Assembly: GCA_049322255.1 (NCBI GenBank)
Contig: JBMORE010000022.1
Coordinates: forward strand, 62,001-126,000
Length of the DNA: 64,000 nt
Origin: Myxococcota bacterium
GTDB taxonomy: Bacteria > Myxococcota > Myxococcia > Myxococcales > Myxococcaceae
Direction of reading: 5' to 3'
Under the pieces are notes generated by a model. It did not search any database. It saw only the letters and a program-made list of their open reading frames with translations, and was not told where the DNA came from. Made by a program: the position numbers and the translations under genes. Positions 46,556 through 56,136 of this stretch are shown here, in pieces; positions within the stretch are counted from its first letter, which is position 1, and every line of letters begins with the position of its first letter.

Positions 46556-48055
46556 CTATTCGAACACCGGAATATGGGGCCCTTTGGGCTTTTTGGGCAC
46601 CTTGGGGGGCGCCGTCTTGGCGACGATGGGGTCGAGCGCGACCTCCACCGTCTCGTCCTCGGAGAGCTTGAACGAGCGCCTCGCCTCCTGGTACCCGGCG
46701 AGCTGGAAGACCACCGAGTGGATCTGGTCTCTCGTCCACTTGCGCACAAGCGGGGTCTTGCCGATGAGCACGCCCTCCTCGAGCACCTCGGCGCCGGCGG
46801 GCACGCTCACCAGCTTCACGGTGACTTGCTCAGGCTTCGCCGACGTCGGCGTGGAGCGAGGCGGGAGGGGAGTGGTGGGAGGCGGCACCGCCGGGGCGCG
46901 CAGCTGGACGAGGGCGAAGCCGCCGCCTGCCAAGAAAAGTGCTCCCAGCCCTGCGAGGAGGAGGGTTCTTTTCCCCCTGCCGGAGGCTTGCAGCTCGGGG
47001 GAGACCACCACCTTCGAGCTGGGCTTGCCGCTGCTCTCGCGGGGTTTGAGGGTGGCGCCGTCCTTGCCCGAGTGCGAGGCGGAGCCCCCCTCGCGGGGAG
47101 AGTCGCTCGCGCTCGGCAGCGCGTCGAGCTCGGTGTCGGAGAGGCCGGCGATCGCGGCCTTCATCTGGGCGATGAGCTCCTCGGCGCTCTGCTGGCGGTC
47201 TTCTTTCTCGGGCGAGAGCGCTTTTTGGATGAGGGCGTCGAGCGCCGGCGGCACCGGAGCCCCTTTTCGGTGGGTGGCGATGGGCGGCACCTGTTGGGTG
47301 AGCGCCGCCTGCAGCGCCTTGCGCACCGTGTTCGCCCCGAAGGGAGAGGTTCCGGTGAGACAAAAGTAGAGGACGCCCGCCAGCGAGTAGAGGTCGCTGC
47401 GCTGGTCGACGCCCTCACCCCCGGCCTGCTCCGGAGGCATGTACTGGGGAGTGCCCAGCACCTGGCCGGTGGAGGTGAGCTGTTCCTCTTCACCCGGCTC
47501 GAGCGCCTTGACCAGGCCGAAGTCCAGCACCTTGACGAACTCCTGACCGTCGAGGTTTTGAATCATGATGTTGTGCGGCTTCAAGTCGCGGTGCACGCAG
47601 CCCATGTTGTGGGCGTGCGCCAGCCCCCGGGCGGCCTGCTCGATGACGCCCACCGCGCGGCGCAGCGACATCGGCCCCTCGCGCTTGACGATTTGCTTGA
47701 GGCTCTCTCCCTCGAGCAGCTCCATCACGTAGTAGCAGGTGCCCTCGCTGGTACGGCCGAAGTCGAAGATGGTGATGACGTTGGGGTGGCGAAGTCGGCT
47801 GGCCACCTCGGCCTCGCGCTTGAAGCGCTCGAAGAATTGCGGCGCCATCGCCAAGGAGGCGTGCAGCGTCTTCACCGCCACCTCGCGCTGCACCGAGGTC
47901 TGAATGGCGGCGAACACCATGCCCATGCCGCCTTGCCCCAACACCCCGGTGATGTCGTACCGCCCGTCGAGGGACTTTCCCACCAGCGCGGCGGTGTCCC
48001 CGGGGCAGACGTGGTCGTCTTGGGTACTGCCACAAACGCTGCAGGGCGGTGCCAT
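46556..48055 (-). CDS. Ser/Thr protein kinase with TM and PEGA domain
   Basis: GQGGMG, VAVK, HRDLKPHN, DFG, GTPQYM; TM; SVPAGAEV..G.TP. Confidence 0.93.
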   Translation of the reverse strand: MAPPCSVCGSTQDDHVCPGDTAALVGKSLDGRYDITGVLGQGGMGMVFAAIQTSVQREVAVKTLHASLAMAPQFFERFKREAEVASRLRHPNVITIFDFGRTSEGTCYYVMELLEGESLKQIVKREGPMSLRRAVGVIEQAARGLAHAHNMGCVHRDLKPHNIMIQNLDGQEFVKVLDFGLVKALEPGEEEQLTSTGQVLGTPQYMPPEQAGGEGVDQRSDLYSLAGVLYFCLTGTSPFGANTVRKALQAALTQQVPPIATHRKGAPVPPALDALIQKALSPEKEDRQQSAEELIAQMKAAIAGLSDTELDALPSASDSPREGGSASHSGKDGATLKPRESSGKPSSKVVVSPELQASGRGKRTLLLAGLGALFLAGGGFALVQLRAPAVPPPTTPLPPRSTPTSAKPEQVTVKLVSVPAGAEVLEEGVLIGKTPLVRKWTRDQIHSVVFQLAGYQEARRSFKLSEDETVEVALDPIVAKTAPPKVPKKPKGPHIPVFE

Positions 48056-48083
48056 CGGCGGCTGAGTATATACTCCCGGTCCT

Positions 48084-48638
48084 ATGCATCGGCTTTGTTG
48101 GTTGGCGGTGACGAGCGCGATGGCCTCTTGCGGCCCGCGGGCCCCCGGCCCCAAACCCGGAGAGACCCTCTTCTGGAAGGTGGTGAAGTCGGAGGTGAGC
48201 ATCTCCAACTGCACCGACGACCCCAGCTTCCGCGACGACATTCAGCCGGTCGCCTTCGACGAGAACACCTACCTCATCTACCGGGTGGAGAAGGACGGCA
48301 CCCAGGCCACCGCGCTCAAGTGCGAGACCTTCGACACCCGAAGCTGCACCCCCAGCGACAGCGGCATCGTCTTCAACGTCGCTGGAAACGAGCTGAACTT
48401 CACCCGCGAGCGCAAGTCGCCCATCGGCGGCGAGGGCTGCAACACCCAGGTGATCGAGACTTGGCTGCTCACCGACCAGGGCCAGACGCTGGACATGGAG
48501 GTGAGCAGCACCATCACCTTAGTGGACGACGACGTCGCCTGCCAGCGCGTGGAGGACCAGCTGATTCAGCAATCTCCCAACGCCACCGGGCTGCAAGGCT
48601 GCGTGGTGCGCTTCATCGTCGGTGGGGCGCTCCGCTAA
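48084..48638 (+). CDS. Putative lipoprotein
   Basis: Signal peptide + MAS-C; strong codon bias. Confidence 0.7.
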   Translation: MHRLCWLAVTSAMASCGPRAPGPKPGETLFWKVVKSEVSISNCTDDPSFRDDIQPVAFDENTYLIYRVEKDGTQATALKCETFDTRSCTPSDSGIVFNVAGNELNFTRERKSPIGGEGCNTQVIETWLLTDQGQTLDMEVSSTITLVDDDVACQRVEDQLIQQSPNATGLQGCVVRFIVGGALR

Positions 48639-50857
48639 ATGGCGCTGCGCTTCTTGCGCTCTTTCTTTTTCGGGCCCTGGTCGGGTGTAGGGACGCTGGA
48701 GGGACCGGTGGCTTCGGGCAGCTGGAGGGAGGCAGGCAAGGGCGTGCCCTCGGGGGCGGGCGTCTCGGAGGGAATTTCGGGGCCGAGCGCCGGCAGCCGG
48801 ATGACGAAGGTGGTGCCCTCGTTGGGGCGGCTTTGCACCGAGATGGTGCCCCCGTGGTTCTTCACGATGCGCTGGCAAATCGCCAAGCCCAGCCCGGTGC
48901 CTTTTTGTTTGGTGGTGAAGAAGGGGACGAAGATGTTGAGCTGCTGATCGGCGGGAATGCCCGGCCCGGTGTCGGTGACGTGCAGCTCGGCGTACTCCAC
49001 TCCGCGCAGCTCGCTGAAGCGCTCCGGGCGGGCGGTTTTCACCGTGATGGTGCCGCCCTTGCTCCCGATCGCCTGGGTGGCGTTCTGCACCAGGTTGATC
49101 AACACCTGCTTGAGCTGCTCGGCGTCGGCGCTGACCTTGGAGATGGTGTCGGAGAGCGCGACCGAAAGCTCGATGTGCTTGGGTACGTCGTTTTGGATGA
49201 GGCGCATCGTGCGGGTGACCACCTCGTTCAAGTCGGTGGCGCCGAAGTTCTGCTTGAGCGGTCGCGCGTAGTCGAGGAACGCGGTCACCACCCCGTTGAG
49301 GCGGTTGACTTCCTCGACGATCACCTCGAGAAACTCGCCGTCTTCTCCGGGCAGGCGGGTGGGGTCGAGGCACTGCGCGGCGCCCTTGATCGCTCCCAGC
49401 GGATTTCGAATCTCGTGGGCCAGGCCGGCCGACATCTCGCCCAACGCCGCCAGGCGATCGCGCTCGCGCATTCGATCGTAGAGCTTGGAGTTCTCCACCA
49501 CCGTGGCGAGCTGCTCGGAGATTTCGAGAATGAGGGCGATTTCGTCCGAGGCATAGGCCTCGGGCATCCGTTCGTCCCAGAGGTTGACGAAGCCGATCAC
49601 CCGGTCGTTGCCCACCAAAGGCACGGTGATGCCGGCCTTCATCTGCTGCATCGCCACCTTGGTGTCGTTGAGACGCTTGAGCTCGTCGCGCACCCGCTTG
49701 CCTTCGGTGCTGTGCAGGCGCAGCTCGGCGATGCGGCGGTCGAGGTGCTCGACCAACACCGCCTTCTGTCCGCTGGAGGCGGCGTTGAGCAGGCCGCGCG
49801 CGGTGCCGGTGTCGAGGAAGGTCGCCGGCTGGGGGCCGCGGTGGGCGAGCAGCCGGTACCCGGGGCGATCCTCGGCGAGCAGATACACCGAGGTGTGCGT
49901 CACCCGCCGGGTTTCGATGTATGCGTCGAGCACCATCGCCGCGTGCTCGGAGACGTCGATCACGTTGGCGGTGCGTGCGCGCAAGCTCCCCAGGCTGCGT
50001 AGCAGCTCGTAACGCTCGCGGAAGAAGATGGCCACGACCTGCTCCTCGACCTTGGTGCGCAAAGGCTCGACGAGAATGAGCATCACGAACGCGGCGACGA
50101 TGGTGTTGAAGAGGAAGAGTGAGGGGTTTGGGCCGACCCACGCGGTCAGCACCGCGAAGAGCAGCGCGAGCATCACCGCCAGCACCGCCTGGGAGGCGAT
50201 TTTTCCGAGAAGCTCGTGCAGGTCCATCAGGCGCAGGCGCAGGAGCGTCTGGGAGAGAAAGAATAGGTACAACGGGGAGATGACCGGGCCCAGGGTGGGA
50301 AAGGGCACGCCGAAGCGCGGCAAAAACTCGAGGCTGGAGAAGAGAATCGATGCACCGAAGCCGATGGCCAAGTAGGCCAGCCGGAGCCGCTCGGTGCGCG
50401 ACTCACTCTGGCGGATGCGCGCCAAAAGCAGCGACACCGGGATGCTCAAGGCCCCCACCACCCACACCGACACCGCCACCCGGGCCCACAGGAGCTCCGC
50501 CAAGGGCGTCGCGCCCACCGCCAGCCCCAGCACCACTGAAAAGAAGGCCAAACGGCGGCCGTACCTCTCGGCCTGGGTGCTCACCCGCAGGAACTCGAGG
50601 AAGAAGCCAAGCGCCGCCGAGGGCACCAGCGCGCCGACGATGATGTGGGCGCCCAGCACCACGCGCGCCGGCCACGCCTCGGCCGCTCCGGCGACCAGGC
50701 CGCTGAAGAACTGTGACAGGTGGTAGCCGCTCACCGTGAGCGCGAGCACCGAGTAGAGCGTGAGCACCCGGGGCCGCCCAGCCCGCAAGAGCATCGCCAC
50801 GCCCAGCGCCAGACATACGATGGCCGCGAGCAGCGCACTTTGGGTGCGAATATCCAT
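48635..50857 (-). CDS. Multi-TM sensor histidine kinase with GAF domain
   Basis: About 8 TM segments, AHEIRNPL, INLVQNA, DTGPG, PFFTTK, GTGLGL. Confidence 0.92.
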   Translation of the reverse strand: MDIRTQSALLAAIVCLALGVAMLLRAGRPRVLTLYSVLALTVSGYHLSQFFSGLVAGAAEAWPARVVLGAHIIVGALVPSAALGFFLEFLRVSTQAERYGRRLAFFSVVLGLAVGATPLAELLWARVAVSVWVVGALSIPVSLLLARIRQSESRTERLRLAYLAIGFGASILFSSLEFLPRFGVPFPTLGPVISPLYLFFLSQTLLRLRLMDLHELLGKIASQAVLAVMLALLFAVLTAWVGPNPSLFLFNTIVAAFVMLILVEPLRTKVEEQVVAIFFRERYELLRSLGSLRARTANVIDVSEHAAMVLDAYIETRRVTHTSVYLLAEDRPGYRLLAHRGPQPATFLDTGTARGLLNAASSGQKAVLVEHLDRRIAELRLHSTEGKRVRDELKRLNDTKVAMQQMKAGITVPLVGNDRVIGFVNLWDERMPEAYASDEIALILEISEQLATVVENSKLYDRMRERDRLAALGEMSAGLAHEIRNPLGAIKGAAQCLDPTRLPGEDGEFLEVIVEEVNRLNGVVTAFLDYARPLKQNFGATDLNEVVTRTMRLIQNDVPKHIELSVALSDTISKVSADAEQLKQVLINLVQNATQAIGSKGGTITVKTARPERFSELRGVEYAELHVTDTGPGIPADQQLNIFVPFFTTKQKGTGLGLAICQRIVKNHGGTISVQSRPNEGTTFVIRLPALGPEIPSETPAPEGTPLPASLQLPEATGPSSVPTPDQGPKKKERKKRSAI

Positions 50858-50929
50858 CGGGTGGGAATTCTAGCTGCTTTGAGGGTGTCCCCGTGGGCCG
50901 GCAAAAAGGGGGTAACCTTGCCCGACACC

Positions 50930-53215
50930 ATGCGCCGCTTGACCTCGCTCCCCGCGCTGTTCGTCGTCGCCGGTCTGACCGTGGCCGGCTCGCCGGTTCG
51001 CGTGGAGAACCCGGCGTTTCCCGGGCGGGCGCCCAAGGAGCCCGAGGGCGGTCGTCGCTTCGAGCAGACGGACGTGGCGGGCTACTTCGCCGAAGGCCGC
51101 TTGGCCGAGGCGAAGGCGGCCTTCGATGAGAGCAAGTTCGAACGCGCCCGAGAGCTCCTCGAGGGGCAAGGCGAGGACTTGCCGGTGCGCTACCTGCGCT
51201 CGCTCGCCGCTTTGCGCTCGGGTGCCCCTGACGCCGCGGCGCAAGAGTTTCAAGCGCTCGCCGATTTGTACCCGCCCATGCGCGAGCGGTGCCTTGCGCA
51301 CGCCGGCGTCGCATATGAAGAGCTGGGCCGAAACGAGGAGGCGGCGAAGGCCTTCTCGCTCGTGCCGTCGGGCTCGCAGCTCTTCGCCGACGCGCGGCTG
51401 GGGCTTTCGCGTGCGCTCCAGAAGAAGGGAGACCTCGACGGGGCGAGGCAGGCTCTCCATCCGCTGGTCGATCTATCCGCCCCCGCGTGGGGCCGTGACG
51501 TCGCCGCCGAGGCGCTGATCGCCGTCGCCGACCTTTCCCGCCGGAGCAAGGACCTCGGGGCGGAGAGGGTGTCCTTAGAAAGGCTCTGGTCCTTGCACCC
51601 GCGCTCGTCCTTGGCAGCCCAGGCCGAACAGCGGCTGGGAGGGGCGAAGAGAATCTCCGTCGAGGTCAAAGTCGCGCGCGGCGAGACGCTGGTGGAGCTG
51701 CACCGAAACCGCTCCGGCCTCGACGTGCTCGAGCCTCTGCTCCCCACCTTGGCCCTGCCCGACCCCTTGGCGTGCCGCGCGCACTTCGCCTTCGGCAAGG
51801 GGCTGCGCAAAGAGCGCCTGCACACCAAAGCGATTGCCGTGCTCGCGCCGGTGGTGGAGCAGTGCAAGGAAGCCGACCTGCGTGCGCGCGCGCTGTACGT
51901 GCTCGGCTCCTCCCGCTCGATCGTCGACCTGCCGCGAGCGGCGAAGACCTACGAGACGTTGGCCGCCGACTTTCCCGCGCACTCCTTCGCCGACGACGCG
52001 CTCTTTTTCGCGGCCGACGTGTACGCGCGCTCCGGTGAGGTGCGAAGCGCGCTGGCGCGGCTCGAGGAGCTTGCCGCCAAGTACCCCCGGGGAGACTTCG
52101 CCGCCGAAGCGCTCTTCAAGGCTTTCTGGCTCCGTCGGGAAGCGAAGGAGGCGGACGAGGGGTTGCGCTACCTCGACCGGTTGGAGGCGCAATTCGCCGA
52201 CGCCGACGAGAGCTACGAGCGCGAACGGGCGCGCTACTGGCGCGCGCGCACCCTGGAGGAAAAGGGCGCCACACAGCAAGCGGCGGCGCTCTTCGAAGCG
52301 CTGGCGGTCGACCACCCGGCCACCTACTACGGGTTGTTGGCTCGCACCCGGCTCGACTCGCTCGACCAAACGCGCGCGGCCAGAGTGGAGGCCGAGCTCG
52401 TTGTCCCCCCTCGCGGCGGCGCGTCTTGGCCGATGTTCGCCGGCCCACTCTCGACTCAACCGGGCTTTCTGACCGGGGTCGAGCTTTTTCGTTTGGGCTT
52501 TGCCGACGCCGCGGCGCAGGAGTTGCGCTCTCTCGATCGGGCGAAGCTGCCCCCCGAGAGCCTGCGGTTGCTGGTTCACCTGCTCGCGGCCGCCGGCGAT
52601 GCAAAGGGCGCGCACGCGGTGGCGCGCACCTCGCTCCGCAAGGACCTCTCTGGGCGCGTCACCGAAACGACGAGATCCATCTGGGAGGTGGCCTACCCCA
52701 ATGCGTTCCGGGAGCTGATCGAGAAGCACTGTAAGGCCGCGCAAGGCCTCGACCCCGATCTGCTCCAGGCGCTGATGCGGGAAGAGAGCGCGCTCGACCC
52801 TCAGGCGCTCTCCTGGGCGGGGGCGCTCGGGCTCACCCAGCTGATGCCCTACACCGCCAAGGCGGTGGCGGCGCAGCTTCGCCTCAAAGGCCTCACCACC
52901 TCGATGCTGCTCGACCCCGACGTCAACATTCGACTGGGGGCGACCTACCTGTCCTCCCTGTCGCGGCGCTACCGCGGCGTCAAACAGCACGCCCTCGCCG
53001 GCTACAACGCCGGAGAGAGCGCGGTGGATCGGTGGATGCGGGAGCGGCCCACGAAAGAGATCGACGAGTGGGTGGAGAACATTCCCATCGCCGAGACCCG
53101 CGGCTACGTGAAGCGCGTCTTGCGCAGCTACAACACCTATCGGCTCTTGTACGCCCCCGCGCCCGCCAGCTCACCGAGCACTGGGCCGAGCCAGGCGCGC
53201 TCCCCTTCACACTAG
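50930..53215 (+). CDS. TPR-containing soluble lytic transglycosylase
   Basis: TPR repeats; REES, GALGLTQLMP, YNAG, ETRGYV. Confidence 0.9.
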   Translation: MRRLTSLPALFVVAGLTVAGSPVRVENPAFPGRAPKEPEGGRRFEQTDVAGYFAEGRLAEAKAAFDESKFERARELLEGQGEDLPVRYLRSLAALRSGAPDAAAQEFQALADLYPPMRERCLAHAGVAYEELGRNEEAAKAFSLVPSGSQLFADARLGLSRALQKKGDLDGARQALHPLVDLSAPAWGRDVAAEALIAVADLSRRSKDLGAERVSLERLWSLHPRSSLAAQAEQRLGGAKRISVEVKVARGETLVELHRNRSGLDVLEPLLPTLALPDPLACRAHFAFGKGLRKERLHTKAIAVLAPVVEQCKEADLRARALYVLGSSRSIVDLPRAAKTYETLAADFPAHSFADDALFFAADVYARSGEVRSALARLEELAAKYPRGDFAAEALFKAFWLRREAKEADEGLRYLDRLEAQFADADESYERERARYWRARTLEEKGATQQAAALFEALAVDHPATYYGLLARTRLDSLDQTRAARVEAELVVPPRGGASWPMFAGPLSTQPGFLTGVELFRLGFADAAAQELRSLDRAKLPPESLRLLVHLLAAAGDAKGAHAVARTSLRKDLSGRVTETTRSIWEVAYPNAFRELIEKHCKAAQGLDPDLLQALMREESALDPQALSWAGALGLTQLMPYTAKAVAAQLRLKGLTTSMLLDPDVNIRLGATYLSSLSRRYRGVKQHALAGYNAGESAVDRWMRERPTKEIDEWVENIPIAETRGYVKRVLRSYNTYRLLYAPAPASSPSTGPSQARSPSH

Positions 53216-53268
53216 AGCTTGCCGCCCCACCGGGGCTTCACGGTAGGCTCTGGTGGGCAGGAAGCGAC

Positions 53269-53868
53269 ATGATGCTCAACACCGCCGTCCTCGTTCTCAA
53301 CCGCTACTACCAGCCGGTGCACGTCACCTCGGTGAAGCGTGCTTTCGCCATGCTCTACCAGGGGGTGGCCAAGGCGATCGACAGCCAGTACCGCCTCTAC
53401 GAGTTCGCCGACTGGGCGGCCCTTTCCGCCGCCGACCACGACACCATCGCCACCATCAGCCGGCCGATTCGGGTGCCCCGGGTGCTGGTGCTGTCGGCCT
53501 ACGAGTACCTGCCCAAGGGCCGGGTGCGCTTCTCCCGCCTGAACATCTACGCGCGCGACGCCGACACCTGCCAGTACTGCGGCCTGCAGCTTCCCCGTAG
53601 CGAGCTCAACTTGGACCACGTGGTGCCGCGCTCGCAGGGCGGCAAGACCAGCTGGGAGAACGTCGTCTGCTCGTGCGTGGAGTGCAACCTGCAAAAGGGT
53701 GGGCGCACCCCCGAGCAGGCCAACATGCGGTTGCTCAAGAAGCCGGTTCGCCCACGGTGGACGCCCTTCTTCCGCGGGGCGCACAAACGCGTCACCTACC
53801 GCGAGTGGCTGCCCTTCCTCTCGCTGGCCGACGCTTCGTACTGGAACGTCGAGCTGCTCGACGAGTGA
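53269..53868 (+). CDS. HNH endonuclease family protein
   Basis: VLVLN..Y.P, RD...CQYCG...LDHVVPRS.GG..SWEN.V..C..CN..K. Confidence 0.9.
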   Translation: MMLNTAVLVLNRYYQPVHVTSVKRAFAMLYQGVAKAIDSQYRLYEFADWAALSAADHDTIATISRPIRVPRVLVLSAYEYLPKGRVRFSRLNIYARDADTCQYCGLQLPRSELNLDHVVPRSQGGKTSWENVVCSCVECNLQKGGRTPEQANMRLLKKPVRPRWTPFFRGAHKRVTYREWLPFLSLADASYWNVELLDE

Positions 53869-54012
53869 GGCCTTCAGGCACCCTCGGCACCTGCCAAGGC
53901 GGCGTGTGCGCTGGTGGTGGCCAGCCGTCCTAGGAAGGCGAAGGGCGGGCCCATTTGCCTTTGGCGCCTCGCCGAAAAAGCTGCTTGCATGGGTGCCTCT
54001 TCGTCTGGGCAC

Positions 54013-54900
54013 ATGAAGCCGTTCGAGCAACAGACCTACTACGAGCTTCTCGAGGTGCTCCCCTCGGCCACGAGCGATGAGATTCGCGGTGCCTACGAAC
54101 GCCTGGTCAAGCAGTACGCCCACGGCTCGCCAGGGCCCGAGGGGCCAGCCGGCACCGGAGCGGCGGAAGGGCTGCGCGCCCGGTTGCTGGAGGCGATGGA
54201 AATTCTCACCGACGGCGACTTGCGCCTGGAGTACGACAAGAGCCTCGGCCTGACAAATCAGGTCGCCGTCGAGGCGCCCATCGAGCAGCTCGCACTCAAC
54301 GAGGTGCTCAGCGCGGCAGACGCGGTGCACTCCACGCACCCGCGCTACGCGGTCTCTTACATCCCCCATGCGCCGCCGGAGGAGCCCGAGGCTTCGCCAG
54401 CGCCTAAGCCCACCCGGACCCCCGAGACGGCGATCGTCCAGCCTCTCGACCCAGCCGGTGTTTTGGCGGCGCCCTCGTCCGAGGAGGGGAGCAAACCTCC
54501 GGCTCCCCGGCGGCAGTCGGCGCCGGAGCTGGCCACCGAGTCGGCGCTGGGCATCGCGGAGGCGGCGCTCGCTCAGGTGACCGCCAAGGTGCGAGAGGCG
54601 CGGCCAGCGTCGCCGGAACAGATCAAGCCCAAGGCGGTCGAGGTTCCCCACGACGCCGAGGTCAACGGAGAGCTTCTGCGCCGCGTTCGGGAAAGCAGGG
54701 GGCTGTCCCTCTCCCAGCTGGCCGAGCGAACCCGCATCGCCGTGCGGCACCTGGAAAACGTCGAGGCCGACCGCTACGACCAGCTTCCAGCCACCGTTTA
54801 CCTGCGCGGAATTCTCATGAACCTCGCCCGCGAGCTGCGCCTCGACCCGTTGCGGGTCTCCAAAAGCTACCTGGGCTTGGTGGCCAACCAGCGCAAGTAG
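54013..54900 (+). CDS. DnaJ-like + RodZ-type HTH protein
   Basis: YYELLEV..A...EIR.AY N-terminus (no HPD); G.LLR..RE.RG.SL..L...TRI C-terminus. Confidence 0.8.
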   Translation: MKPFEQQTYYELLEVLPSATSDEIRGAYERLVKQYAHGSPGPEGPAGTGAAEGLRARLLEAMEILTDGDLRLEYDKSLGLTNQVAVEAPIEQLALNEVLSAADAVHSTHPRYAVSYIPHAPPEEPEASPAPKPTRTPETAIVQPLDPAGVLAAPSSEEGSKPPAPRRQSAPELATESALGIAEAALAQVTAKVREARPASPEQIKPKAVEVPHDAEVNGELLRRVRESRGLSLSQLAERTRIAVRHLENVEADRYDQLPATVYLRGILMNLARELRLDPLRVSKSYLGLVANQRK

Positions 54901-54943
54901 GAAGGTTGACGGCACTCCCGCCCGGCCGTAAGACATCTGACCG

Positions 54944-55207
54944 ATGACCGACGAAGAGAAGACCAAGGCCATGAGGCTCGCCCGTGCGATCGCCTCGGAC
55001 ATTTCGCTCTACAACGAGCAGAAAATCGTCAAGGGCATCGAGCAAGACAACCTCTTCGATGTGCTCAAGGACGAGATCGAGGAAGGTCGCGAGCTCTACA
55101 AGAGCCGCGTCTCCGCCGAAATCTTCTCCACCACCAACTTCTTCGACCGCGCCATCGTGGACATCGTCGTGCGTTCGAAGGGGCACGTGAAGTCGCGCAT
55201 CTGGTAA
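54944..55207 (+). CDS. romX: RomX-like polarity protein (RomR/RomX GEF complex for MglA)
   Basis: A.RLARAIASDISLYN..KI..GI..DNLF..L..E.EEGR.LY..RV...KS.IW matches my recollection of myxobacterial RomX. Confidence 0.8.
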   Translation: MTDEEKTKAMRLARAIASDISLYNEQKIVKGIEQDNLFDVLKDEIEEGRELYKSRVSAEIFSTTNFFDRAIVDIVVRSKGHVKSRIW

Positions 55208-56136
55208 CGACGCTCCAAGTCCCCCCCGAGGCCAAAGGCACCCGGCTCGATCACTACCTGCGCGCCGCGCTCCTTGGGCTTTCACGCGCGCGCATTCAAA
55301 GATTGATCGACGAGCAGCGGGTGGAAGTCGACGGTCAGCCGGCGAAGGCTTCGCGCAAGCTCAAGGGAGGCGAAGAGGTGAGGGTGACTGTCCCCGCGCC
55401 GAAGGCCCCTTCCGCCGTCGCGCAACCGCTGCCCTTGCGCATTCTCTTTCAGGATGCAGACCTGGTCGTGGTGGACAAGGCCGCCGGCATGGTCGTGCAC
55501 CCCGCGGCAGGCAACTGGGAGGGCACGCTGGTGAACGCGCTGCTCTTCCAAATCAAGGACCTCGCTGGTGTCGGTGACCAGCTGCGCCCGGGCCTGGTTC
55601 ACCGGCTGGACAAGGACACCTCGGGCTGCCTGGTGGTAGCCAAGAACGATCAGGCGCTGGCTGGGCTGCAGGCGGCCTTCAAGTCGCGGAAGGTGGTGAA
55701 GACCTATCTCGCCCTGGTGCACGGTCAGCCCCGGGAGGCGGGCACCTTTCGTACCCTGTACGGCCGCCACCCGGTGCACCGCAAGCGCTTCACCGGCAAG
55801 GTGAAGGAGGGAAAGCCGGCGGTGACCCACTTCGAGGTCCGCGAGCGCTTCGATGGCGCCGCCTTGCTCGAGGTGCGGTTGGAGACGGGGCGCACCCACC
55901 AGATTCGCGTGCACCTGGCCGAAGCGGGCCACCCGCTCCTGGGCGATGCGCTCTACGGGGGTGCCAAGCGAGGCCCCAAGAACGTCCGGGAGGCGATGGC
56001 CGCACTGGGCCGACAAGCGCTCCATGCGTGGAGGCTGGCCTTCGACCACCCCCGCACCGGGGAGCGGCTTTTCTTCGAAGCCGAGCCGCCGGAGGACTTT
56101 CAGCGGGCGCTGAAGGTGCTGCGGACCCGAGGTTAG
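55201..56136 (+). CDS. rluD: RluA/RluD family pseudouridine synthase
   Basis: S4 domain (RLDHYL..SRARIQ) upstream of the track start; HRLDKDTSG, TGRTHQIRVH; probable CTG start 55201. Confidence 0.9.
   Translation: MVTTLQVPPEAKGTRLDHYLRAALLGLSRARIQRLIDEQRVEVDGQPAKASRKLKGGEEVRVTVPAPKAPSAVAQPLPLRILFQDADLVVVDKAAGMVVHPAAGNWEGTLVNALLFQIKDLAGVGDQLRPGLVHRLDKDTSGCLVVAKNDQALAGLQAAFKSRKVVKTYLALVHGQPREAGTFRTLYGRHPVHRKRFTGKVKEGKPAVTHFEVRERFDGAALLEVRLETGRTHQIRVHLAEAGHPLLGDALYGGAKRGPKNVREAMAALGRQALHAWRLAFDHPRTGERLFFEAEPPEDFQRALKVLRTRG

Noticed and set aside
53269..53868. HNH gene as IscB/Cas9-like or homing endonuclease
   Set aside because: About 199 aa, no RuvC motifs, no flanking ncRNA, intron or IS ends; it sits in a housekeeping gene run.
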